This document shows positions 25,285 to 32,949 of a stretch of DNA of 64,000 nt, piece after piece. The notes beneath the pieces were generated by a model. That model was not told where the DNA came from. It was given only the letters and a program-made list of their open reading frames with translations, and searched no databases. Made by a program: the position numbers and the translations under genes. The DNA comes from a virus: positions 6,783 to 70,782 of the IMG/VR virus record IMGVR_UViG_3300045988_077276, one strand, 5' to 3'. Every line of letters starts with the position of its first letter. Within the stretch, counting starts at the first letter, position 1.

Positions 25285-26070
25285 ATGACACCATTAGACA
25301 TTATCGAAGAATATTTTACTAAGAGTGACTATGTTGCATTTCTGCGAGGTAGCATCATAATGTATCTATTGGAAGACAAACCATTGGATACTGTAAAATT
25401 TAAGCTGCATACAGACAAGTTGGTGGATGCCTTAGATAAAGAACAAGTCGAAAAGATAGATGTTTATCGCCCAACGGTTACACCACAGATTAAATCTTTT
25501 GATTATACTGAGGTGGAACCAACGGTTGACCTTGATGAACCACAAGTGCAACCAACCACAATAGACGAGCCACGTGCGTATGAATTTAAAATTGGCGACC
25601 GTGTTGTTGTTTCTAAAGGTACCGATGATGAACGAACAGGCACAATCATTAGATTGCCTAGGGATAATAGTCGATACCAAGAATATATTGTTGAGTTAGA
25701 TGATAAAACACTTGGTTGGGAAGCCACGATTGCAAAAGAGGGTGTGTCTTGTAAAAACGCATGGTATGCCTGTAAAGGAACCATGACTCTTTTAGAACCA
25801 TCTATAAAGGGTTCTTTGGAAGTCGGTAAATGGTATCATACCACAGATTTCACGGTAGAAGAATTATCCGCATTGTTACCAAAGGGAACAATCGTTGAAA
25901 CCGAACAAGAAGTATTGTACGCTGGTATCGAAACAGAGCCACCAACAAAAACGGTAACAAAGGTTGTCGAGGAAGTCACAATATCTATGTTCGGTGATAA
26001 AGCACTTATTGTAGTTACCGAAAGCAGCTTCTTAAAAGAATGGTTTAAAATCCTACAGGAGAACAAATAA
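25285..26070 (+). CDS. hypothetical protein
   Basis: AGGAGGA upstream. 261 aa. Confidence 0.55.
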   Translation: MTPLDIIEEYFTKSDYVAFLRGSIIMYLLEDKPLDTVKFKLHTDKLVDALDKEQVEKIDVYRPTVTPQIKSFDYTEVEPTVDLDEPQVQPTTIDEPRAYEFKIGDRVVVSKGTDDERTGTIIRLPRDNSRYQEYIVELDDKTLGWEATIAKEGVSCKNAWYACKGTMTLLEPSIKGSLEVGKWYHTTDFTVEELSALLPKGTIVETEQEVLYAGIETEPPTKTVTKVVEEVTISMFGDKALIVVTESSFLKEWFKILQENK

Positions 26071-26369
26071 TGGTACTGACAGAAACACAACAAGAAGAAT
26101 TAAATCGTTTATTAATGGAAGATGGCGACCTATTGGAAGAATTGGTATGGGATGCACCAGATTATCTACAGAAGATTGATGAAAAACTTGTGGATGTAGA
26201 CGAGTGGTATCACACCAAAGATTACATATTCCAGTGTGTTGACAATAGATACTTTTGTTTGACAATCACCAAGCACAGTTCCATGGGTGATGTCGAAAGT
26301 GCATATTTCTATGAAGTATTCCCAAAAGAAATTTTAACAACTGTTTATGTGTCAGCGGAGGACTTATAA
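26070..26369 (+). CDS. hypothetical protein
   Basis: TAATG overlap. 99 aa. Confidence 0.5.
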   Translation: MVLTETQQEELNRLLMEDGDLLEELVWDAPDYLQKIDEKLVDVDEWYHTKDYIFQCVDNRYFCLTITKHSSMGDVESAYFYEVFPKEILTTVYVSAEDL

Positions 26370-26785
26370 TGGATATTACAAACCAATGTGCAGCCGTTAA
26401 AGAACCAGAAAATAAGAACTCAAAAATGCCATTGCGGTATCAACTAGAGATGGAACTGTTAGGCAGTCAAAACGCACGTTTGATAGACCAACGGAATAAA
26501 TTATTGGATATGGTCGAACGGTTACAATCCGTAGAAGAACCAAAACCAATGAATAAAATCGAAATGATACAAACACCAGCTGGTTATGTCAAAGTCGGTG
26601 ATGTGATTGGGTACGACCGCAGCAACAAACGTATTCGCTTTGGTACTGTTAGTAAGCTAAATAAAGATGGAGTGATTTGGCTTACACATTCGTATTGCGT
26701 TGTGTTTGGTGACGATGGTAAACAGGAGATTTACCAATCAATGGATGGTTCTATTGAACACTATCGTGTTTGCAAAGTATTGTAA
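26369..26785 (+). CDS. hypothetical protein
   Basis: TAATG overlap. 138 aa. Last gene before the low-coding region. Confidence 0.5.
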   Translation: MDITNQCAAVKEPENKNSKMPLRYQLEMELLGSQNARLIDQRNKLLDMVERLQSVEEPKPMNKIEMIQTPAGYVKVGDVIGYDRSNKRIRFGTVSKLNKDGVIWLTHSYCVVFGDDGKQEIYQSMDGSIEHYRVCKVL

Positions 26786-26799
26786 TCCAATTACACAAA

Positions 26800-26875
26800 A
26801 CCCAATTCCAAAAAATTAAAAACCAAAAAATAAAAAACAAGATTTCAAAAAATAAAACGCAGAATTTTCAAAATT
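26800..26875. other. phased A-tract (bent-DNA or UP-element-like) segment
   Basis: ccaaaaaattaaaaaccaaaaaataaaaaacaagatttcaaaaaataaaacg: runs of A5-6 roughly every helical turn. Confidence 0.5.
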
Positions 26876-26879
26876 CGTG

Positions 26880-26908
26880 TTGACGTTTATAATCTTGTGT
26901 GCTATAAT
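26880..26908 (+). promoter_or_regulatory. sigma-70-like promoter of an ORF-less transcript
   Basis: TTGACG (26880-26885), 17-nt spacer, TGc-TATAAT (26903-26908). Confidence 0.6.
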
Positions 26909-26914
26909 GTGTTT

Positions 26915-27098
26915 GTCGGTGGTTAGTCAATCTAATAATCACCAAAACAATACAGCTAACAAAACTACAGAACAAAAATCACCTTCATCAACTCGTTGTG
27001 TAGTCAATAACCACCGACAACCATTTTATATAAACCACGGTATATAATGTAGCACCACCGTCTATGGTGCAACCGTCCACGATACCGTGGTCTTTTTT
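26915..27098 (+). ncRNA. sRNA candidate (about 185 nt)
   Basis: 13-bp long-range helix (26913-26925 with 27008-27020) closes an A/C-rich loop. It is followed by hairpin gcacca/tggtgc, then ccacg-atac-cgtgg and T6 (27077-27098). No ORF. Confidence 0.45.
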
Positions 27099-27550
27099 AT
27101 GTCCACACATATGAATGGTTGTTCATGTGTTCATCAATGTGTGGCATCCGTGGTTTGTCTATGGTGCGTACTATTGGGATATACATACGCACATACCGAA
27201 CATATCTATTGTTATTATCTATTGTAGTCCACAGAATTTATACGTTGACCGCATCATACGCTGCATCCATATGTGATACCACGAATAACATCGTGTGTGG
27301 TAACGGTGGACACCATGTGTGCGACATACAATACCACATACGTATACCACATGATATTCCGTGGTTATAATACCTATATAATTCATTCTATGGCGTTCTG
27401 TGGTGCGTTTACACCGAGCCACATATGTTTATATACCCCATCTATTAAACACGCCATATAACGCAAATAAATCAATTTTTGTATATCTCCACGGATTTTT
27501 TACATCTATATATATCTATAATACATAATAAACAATAGTAATAACCGTGG
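27035..27550. repeat. CCGTGG/CCACGG iteron set (6 copies)
   Basis: Sites at 27035, 27085, 27148, 27359, 27489 and 27545, with similar flanks (WWNCCGTGGWTT). Confidence 0.6.
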
Positions 27551-27660
27551 ATTTTATATGTGTATATACATATATATATACATATGTCCACCATTTTTAT
27601 ATGTATATATGTGTATTTATATTTTCGATTTATATATTTTGTTTTTTCACATAATATTAT
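27480..27660. repeat. TA-rich low-complexity tract (DNA-unwinding-element-like)
   Basis: tatatgtgtatatacatatatatatacatatg...tatatgtatatatgtgtatttatattttcgatttatatatttt. Confidence 0.5.
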
Positions 27661-27693
27661 TGTTGACCGCCCAAGTCGTTCTCAATGCGTTCT

Positions 27694-27787
27694 CAATCGG
27701 TTGCCACACGCTGCACATACGACCATTTCATGAATTACATTTTGTAATGCTTACCATGCGTTTTAATCAATCGAATAAATTCAATCA
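27694..27787. repeat. ACAATCG-type iterons, left cluster
   Basis: tctcaatcggtt (27694), ttaatcaatcgaat (27768) and the variant ttcaatcagtt (27782). Confidence 0.45.
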
Positions 27788-27950
27788 GTTTGAAAACTTT
27801 AGATAACTAAAGGGTGAAAACTTTCGATATAATCACACATGATTAAATTGTATGCAATAATATGAATGTTTGAACATATGAATATATTGTCATGTATTCA
27901 TCTATAGGGGTATAACTTTAGGCTATGGCTAGCAATAGATTTTTTCTATT

Positions 27951-27978
27951 ATGCAATCAGTCGTATTCGTGATATAAT
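27951..27978 (+). promoter_or_regulatory. cassette-1 promoter (homologous to the cassette-2 and -3 promoters)
   Basis: ATGCAA, 16 nt, TGa-TATAAT (27973-27978). Followed by leader hairpin gaaaga/tctttc and AGGTCTTTAATAATT (28011-28025). Confidence 0.5.
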
Positions 27979-28047
27979 GAGTGTAACGAAAGATAATAAA
28001 TGTCTTTCATAGGTCTTTAATAATTGAATAAGAAAGGATAATAAAAA

Positions 28048-28425
28048 ATGTTTAAAAATTACAATGCTAACCCAAAGGGGAAAAAGGTTGCGGACTGTGT
28101 TATACGTGCTATAAGTACGGCAATAGGTGAAAGTTGGCAAGATGTTTATAGAGATATGGTTGATCACTCTATAAAAGAATGTACCGTATTCAATGATAAG
28201 AAATTCATTAAGAAATATATTACAAACGTACTAGGGTTAGAGATGCAAAAACAACCACGATTTACAAACGGTAAAAAGTTAACTGTATCAGATTTTGCGA
28301 CATGGTACGATAGCGGTACATACATAATCACTATTGCCAATCATTTAACAGTCATAAAAGATGGTATTATCTTGGATACTTGGAATTGTGAAAATAAATG
28401 TGTTGGTAACTATTGGAAAGTATAA
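28048..28425 (+). CDS. hypothetical protein, possible papain-like Cys/His fold
   Basis: AAGGA upstream. VADCVIRAIS near the N-terminus and ANHLTVIKDGIILDTW near the C-terminus suggest a Cys-His-Asp arrangement. Family not identified. Confidence 0.5.
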   Translation: MFKNYNANPKGKKVADCVIRAISTAIGESWQDVYRDMVDHSIKECTVFNDKKFIKKYITNVLGLEMQKQPRFTNGKKLTVSDFATWYDSGTYIITIANHLTVIKDGIILDTWNCENKCVGNYWKV

Positions 28426-28436
28426 GGGTTGTAACG

Positions 28437-28468
28437 GCGGTATACTAAAGGTATACCGCTTTTGTTTT
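28437..28468 (+). terminator. cassette-1 intrinsic terminator
   Basis: Stem gcggtatac/gtataccgc with a 5-nt loop, then TTTTGTTTT. Confidence 0.75.
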
Positions 28469-28476
28469 GCCCCTGT

Positions 28477-28524
28477 ATTCTCAATTAGTCCTATTAAATG
28501 AGAATATGCAACATAAATGAGAAT
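28477..28524. repeat. ATTCTCAWTTA / TAAATGAGAAT inverted-repeat pair after cassette 1
   Basis: attctcaatta (28477-28487), taaatgagaat (28495-28505), and a second copy at 28514-28524. Confidence 0.6.
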
Positions 28525-28576
28525 TACTATCAATAAAAAACTGCTTAAAATCGTCTATACGCCCCTTTTTAGGTGT

Positions 28577-28627
28577 TCCGCTTATGATTGTACATAAGAG
28601 TGGCAAAACGCCATACAAGCGAAAATA
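28577..28627 (+). repeat. dispersed repeat R2, copy A (direct)
   Basis: ttccgcttatgattgtac...aaaacgccatacaagcgaaaata is homologous to 31764-31820 and to the reverse complement of 29226-29285. Confidence 0.55.
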
Positions 28628-29225
28628 CACAATTATAACATATATGATAAAAACATAAATTTCACGCAAGCCGTAAACCATAGACAAAGCACATAGAAAT
28701 GTACGCCTATAGTAGACATCACTATAAAACGCTACAGGATTGATAAACATTCTCAATACAATAAATCCAGCGTAGTGCCACAATTTAATTGTGTACAACC
28801 AATGTTACATACCATATATGAACATATGTACATATACTAATATACAACATATGAACAGTTATTCATATGTTCAATCATACGTTTTTCTAATATGTACACA
28901 TGAGCATATATTCATATATGAAAACGATTGTATACAATTGATACACACCACAAATAAACATATGTGATTTAATTGTATAAAACATAATTGTGTAACCTAT
29001 AGTATAGACCCTATTTTAAATTGCATACAATTGTTTATACATATGCATTAATTGCATAATGCTATATTGATTTTTATAGGTATAAAACAATAATGAAAAC
29101 ATTTGTCAATAACACATTTAAAACATTCGATATACAACAGTATCCACCACAAATAAACAAAAATACGCCTTATGTATGTACACAAAAGACACACGCCGTA
29201 TTCTCATTTAGACAATAGCCGTAAA

Positions 29226-29285
29226 ATTGATTTATTTGAGTTGTACGGCGTTTTTAGTCTTTTGCATATAATCATAAGCGAAAAC
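29226..29285 (-). repeat. dispersed repeat R2, copy B (inverted)
   Basis: aattgatttatttgagttgtacggcgtttttagtcttttgcatataatcataagcgaaaa is the near reverse complement of 31764-31825. Confidence 0.6.
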
Positions 29286-29291
29286 ATTTAC

Positions 29292-29314
29292 ACGCACCAT
29301 AGAACGCAAATAAA
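29292..29314 (+). repeat. 23-bp perfect inverted repeat, left arm
   Basis: acgcaccatagaacgcaaataaa is the exact reverse complement of 32853-32875. Confidence 0.85.
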
Positions 29315-29464
29315 TAAACTACTAGTTGAGAACAATTATCAAATACGCTGGGTTTTCTCCTAGGTGTTGACAAATTCGCTAAAATGTGGTATTTATATAT
29401 ATCTATTAAATATATGAAAAACTAATAGAAAAAAAAATATTTTTGAAAATTTCTATTTTAGTAC

Positions 29465-29492
29465 TTGCGTTATATCGTAAATATGTTATAAT
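29465..29492 (+). promoter_or_regulatory. cassette-2 promoter
   Basis: TTGCGT, 16 nt, TGt-TATAAT (29487-29492). Followed by leader hairpin agggaa/ttccct and AGGTCTTTGATAATT (29526-29540). Confidence 0.55.
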
Positions 29493-29620
29493 GTAGCCAT
29501 AGGGAACAATAAAACATATTCCCTAAGGTCTTTGATAATTTCATACAGATATAACCGCCGTTAAGATATGGCGGACTTGCGAACAGATAGACATAGTTAT
29601 TTATGAAAGGATGAGGATAC

Positions 29621-29887
29621 ATGAAAGTATATAACTTTGATAGTCTTTGTTTATGGTTGTATGATTATAATAGACTTATTGATTATGTAAAAGTTACCAA
29701 TATCAAGAAAATTGGGTTTAATACTTTAGAGGGTAGTCGCTATATTGGTAATGTAAAGATCATCACTAAAGATGGTTACAAAAATAAACTATTAAGTTTT
29801 TATATTAACTCAAGTTATTTAGATGATAGCCTAACAGAAATTACATCTACAGTATTAAACGAATATTTGAACAACTGTTTATTATAA
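29621..29887 (+). CDS. hypothetical protein (AT-rich island)
   Basis: AAGGATGAGGA upstream. 88 aa, N/Y/K/I-rich. Confidence 0.5.
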   Translation: MKVYNFDSLCLWLYDYNRLIDYVKVTNIKKIGFNTLEGSRYIGNVKIITKDGYKNKLLSFYINSSYLDDSLTEITSTVLNEYLNNCLL

Positions 29888-29898
29888 AGGGGTATAAC

Positions 29899-30006
29899 AT
29901 GAATTATCTTGAAATTTTTCAAACTGTAGGCGGTTTTATATTCGCCTTATGTTTTTGGTATATGTGCTATAGGCTAGAAAAAACTGTATCAAGTCTAAAG
30001 AATTAA
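29899..30006 (+). CDS. 35-aa membrane peptide (below the track cutoff)
   Basis: AAGGGG lies before ATG 29899. Translation: MNYLEIFQTVGGFIFALCFWYMCYRLEKTVSSLKN. Confidence 0.35.
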   Translation: MNYLEIFQTVGGFIFALCFWYMCYRLEKTVSSLKN

Positions 30007-30024
30007 ACGAAAGGAACAAACAAC

Positions 30025-30288
30025 ATGAAAATTGAAAATATGACTAGTGCACAAGGGAATAAAGTCCCTAACCAATTTAAATTATACTATAATAATTTTG
30101 TGGCTTTTCAATCATATGAAACCTTAATAAGTGTATACGATTGTAAAAATGATACGATGTATACAGATAAAGACTTCTACAGTAACACCACATCAAAATA
30201 TAGAAATTTATTTAATGGTGAATTTCAACCATTAGTAGTTATTGAAGTAGATAACGAAGAATTACACAAAATCATTGAAAGGGGTTAA
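30025..30288 (+). CDS. hypothetical protein (AT-rich island)
   Basis: AAGGAA upstream. 87 aa. Confidence 0.5.
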   Translation: MKIENMTSAQGNKVPNQFKLYYNNFVAFQSYETLISVYDCKNDTMYTDKDFYSNTTSKYRNLFNGEFQPLVVIEVDNEELHKIIERG

Positions 30289-30291
30289 ATA

Positions 30292-30606
30292 ATGGATATT
30301 TTGGAACAAATAAAGGAATACCACGAAGAAAACGCAACAAATATTATGAATATTTTTGAGTTACTAATGAAAGAAAATAAATTACAAGACTATACTGTAA
30401 TCGAAGTTTTGGAACAAACGGCGGATAATAACCGATTAGGGAACGAAAAAATTCCACATTGGTTTTATGATGTCGTAGATTATAACGACTTTTGCGAATA
30501 TATCGAAAGTCTAAATATTATCGAATTAGGGAACGATTTTATAAAAGTATCTGACAATGAATATTATTATATTCGTGATATTGTCGAATTAGCAGAGGGG
30601 TTATAA
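30292..30606 (+). CDS. small highly acidic protein (AT-rich island)
   Basis: 104 aa, rich in E/D/N/Y (MDILEQIKEYHEENATNIMNIFELLMKE...). Confidence 0.5.
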   Translation: MDILEQIKEYHEENATNIMNIFELLMKENKLQDYTVIEVLEQTADNNRLGNEKIPHWFYDVVDYNDFCEYIESLNIIELGNDFIKVSDNEYYYIRDIVELAEGL

Positions 30607-30911
30607 TGAAAATAAAAGGGAATATACACAAAGTTATAAACATGAATAATTATATCCATAGTCTACAAAATGAACATAATATCATTACTTATGCAGAAAG
30701 TAGCTATTTATACAATTATATTGACTATGATAAAATGAATGTTATATTATGTGATGATTATGATATTTATTTATTTGTAATGAAAAATAAATATTGTTTG
30801 TTTTTTAGTGGTGCACGTTATGAATACGATACACTAAAAGAGTTAAATAAACAACTATATAGAATATTAAATATTTTGTATTATTTAGAGGTTGAAAGAG
30901 TACAACGTTAG
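30606..30911 (+). CDS. hypothetical protein (AT-rich island)
   Basis: TAATG overlap. 101 aa, Y/N-rich. Confidence 0.5.
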   Translation: MKIKGNIHKVINMNNYIHSLQNEHNIITYAESSYLYNYIDYDKMNVILCDDYDIYLFVMKNKYCLFFSGARYEYDTLKELNKQLYRILNILYYLEVERVQR

Positions 30912-31030
30912 GCGGTGAAAAATTGACTATAGTATTATTAGCTTTGATCGTTTGTTTTATCAAACGAAAACAAAGCGAACAAAATAAACTCTTAAAATAA
31001 TTTTAGATGATACGAAAGGAACAAATTATT

Positions 31031-31210
31031 ATGACACGTGCGGAACAATTACAAGACATCAAAGAAATTTTATTAGAGGAATTAGAGTATCGTGTATCTA
31101 TTGGCGAATTGTCGGAAGATAACTCTTTATTCGATATGCTAGAGTGGAATAACTTTCAAGCACTCAAAGGATTATACCGCCGTTTGTTTGGTTATGGTTA
31201 TGAATGTTAG
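31031..31210 (+). CDS. small acidic protein (AT-rich island)
   Basis: AAGGAA lies before ATG 31031. 59 aa. Confidence 0.45.
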   Translation: MTRAEQLQDIKEILLEELEYRVSIGELSEDNSLFDMLEWNNFQALKGLYRRLFGYGYEC

Positions 31211-31222
31211 GAGGTTAAAATT

Positions 31223-31603
31223 ATGGAATTTAAAGAGTTATTATCTTATGCAAGAGAATATAGGGAAGAAATGAAAAATGATAAATATTATGACTTAAGA
31301 GACTTTTTAGAATTAATACAAGATTTTGACACGGAACAATGTAATACTTTTGAATACATTAGGGAAGACATGAATATTCAAGATAGTGCAGAAATTTGTT
31401 GTAATGGCAATTATCGTTATTATAATGATATTTACGACCTAGTGGCGGAAGAATTAGAATTGTTCACGGCTAAAAGTGATATTTTACCAAGTTGGTTAAA
31501 TATCGACTATAGAGGAACATTTGACGATTTAAGCTATTATAATAATTATGTCGTATGTGGTTCTGATGTCATGTATTCTAAAATTTTAAATTATTGGTAT
31601 TAA
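31223..31603 (+). CDS. acidic protein (AT-rich island)
   Basis: AGGAGG upstream. 126 aa, D/E/Y-rich. Confidence 0.55.
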   Translation: MEFKELLSYAREYREEMKNDKYYDLRDFLELIQDFDTEQCNTFEYIREDMNIQDSAEICCNGNYRYYNDIYDLVAEELELFTAKSDILPSWLNIDYRGTFDDLSYYNNYVVCGSDVMYSKILNYWY

Positions 31604-31609
31604 ACCTTT

Positions 31610-31637
31610 GGCGGTGTACTTATGTATACCGCCTTTT
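31610..31637 (+). terminator. cassette-2 intrinsic terminator
   Basis: Stem ggcggtgtac/gtataccgcc with a 4-nt loop, then TTTT. Confidence 0.7.
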
Positions 31638-31649
31638 GTATGCACTCAT

Positions 31650-31725
31650 ATTCTCATTTAGGTTTTCTTATTAAGAATTGCTGCATAAGTCAATACGCTG
31701 GTTAAATGAGATTAATTCTCAAATA
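31650..31725. repeat. ATTCTCAWTTA / TAAATGAGA inverted-repeat set after cassette 2
   Basis: attctcattta (31650-31660), taaatgaga (31703-31711), attctcaaata (31715-31725). Confidence 0.55.
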
Positions 31726-31763
31726 AAAATCGTCTGTATTCGCTTGTGTGGTACGTCTAAAGT

Positions 31764-31820
31764 TTTTCGCTTATGATTATACCTAAAAGAATAAAAACGC
31801 CGTACAACGCAAATAAATCA
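31764..31820 (+). repeat. dispersed repeat R2, copy C (direct), with AACGCAAATAAAT core
   Basis: tttttcgcttatgattatacc...aaaaacgccgtacaacgcaaataaatca. Confidence 0.6.
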
Positions 31821-31988
31821 ATTCTATGGCTATTGTTATATCTTGCGTATTATTGGCGGTGTTTATACAATAGACATTCCCTATAGTATGTCTTTATGTG
31901 GTGTACATCGGTATTTCTTGCGTTTGTCATTGGTTTAAACGATAGATATTCTCATATAAAATATTTTATTAAATTCTATAATTAGTAC

Positions 31989-32016
31989 TTGCATTTTTTC
32001 GTGTATTTGATATAAT
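31989..32016 (+). promoter_or_regulatory. cassette-3 promoter
   Basis: TTGCAT, 16 nt, TGa-TATAAT (32011-32016). The upstream tagtacttgc context is shared with cassette 2. Confidence 0.55.
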
Positions 32017-32075
32017 GATAATAGAAAAGCGGTTATATTAAACACCGTTTATAATGTTGAAAGGAATAAATAAAG

Positions 32076-32669
32076 ATGAATACACAAAATAAAATAGTTG
32101 AATTATACAATAGAAATAATCCTTATTATTGGAACGTTGAAAAATTCGTAACGGAACAGGGTTATAAAAATGTTTGTGAATATTGTGCGGACGTTTTAGA
32201 CCGATTAGGATCGGTTGAATGGTGTACAGAAAAAGCAACGGAAGATATGTATAATCAACAATATACAGACTTTGATTTTTTATATGAAGATACATTGGAA
32301 TATCTAAACAGAAATTATAATATTGTATGTATACCCACTCAAGGGCGTTGGAATGGAACATATAAGGGAAATTTACAAGATTGTAATAACATTGATATGT
32401 GTATTCATGACGATGTACAAAAGGTTTCTATAGATGGTAAAGCGTTAATAATTGACGTTGCACATCATGACGGCAACAATCAATATATTTTATACTTTGT
32501 TGAAAGTCATAACCCTAATATTGAAGAATATTATAACGAATTACAAGACAATGATTATTATGATTATGAATGTGGTGTAACACTAGATAATGAACAGGAT
32601 GCAGAAAATTATATAAATACATATGCTATTGATTTATACGATATGTGGAATAAAGGCAAATTACAATAG
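32076..32669 (+). CDS. hypothetical acidic protein (AT-rich island)
   Basis: AAGGAA upstream. 197 aa, D/E/N/Y-rich. Confidence 0.55.
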   Translation: MNTQNKIVELYNRNNPYYWNVEKFVTEQGYKNVCEYCADVLDRLGSVEWCTEKATEDMYNQQYTDFDFLYEDTLEYLNRNYNIVCIPTQGRWNGTYKGNLQDCNNIDMCIHDDVQKVSIDGKALIIDVAHHDGNNQYILYFVESHNPNIEEYYNELQDNDYYDYECGVTLDNEQDAENYINTYAIDLYDMWNKGKLQ

Positions 32670-32674
32670 ATATA

Positions 32675-32704
32675 AACGGCGGTTATCATACCGCCGTTAT
32701 TTTA
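32675..32704 (+). terminator. cassette-3 intrinsic terminator
   Basis: Stem aacggcggt/accgccgtt with a 6-nt loop, then ATTTTAT. Confidence 0.65.
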
Positions 32705-32774
32705 TACCCAACATATGAACATATGAATATGCATTCATATAAATATATGTCTACGACATACGAATAATGCAGCA

Positions 32775-32832
32775 ATTCTCAATTATAAATCCTAATTGAT
32801 AACGCCAGCGTAAACCATAGATAAATGAGAAT
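32775..32832. repeat. ATTCTCAATTA / TAAATGAGAAT inverted-repeat pair after cassette 3
   Basis: attctcaatta (32775-32785) and taaatgagaat (32822-32832), 36 nt apart. Confidence 0.6.
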
Positions 32833-32852
32833 GTCTATCACTTAGAAATTCG

Positions 32853-32875
32853 TTTATTTGCGTTCTATGGTGCGT
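32853..32875 (-). repeat. 23-bp perfect inverted repeat, right arm
   Basis: tttatttgcgttctatggtgcgt is the exact reverse complement of 29292-29314. Confidence 0.85.
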
Positions 32876-32949
32876 ATGGCGGTTTTCACATGTATTTATA
32901 CGTTGGAGGTCTAATGTTCCATATAGGCGAATATACTACGTTATATATA

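Noticed and set aside
27119-27806. ORFs 27119-27370, 27219-27422, 27273-27461 and 27558-27806
   Set aside because: They lie in iteron and TA low-complexity DNA. They have no RBS, and their products are implausible Cys/Tyr/Ile-rich strings.
28481-29363. ORFs 28481-28798 (minus strand), 28345-28533 (minus strand) and 29172-29363 (plus strand)
   Set aside because: They overlap dispersed repeats and terminators. They have TTG or weak starts without Shine-Dalgarno sequences and lie in inter-cassette spacer DNA.
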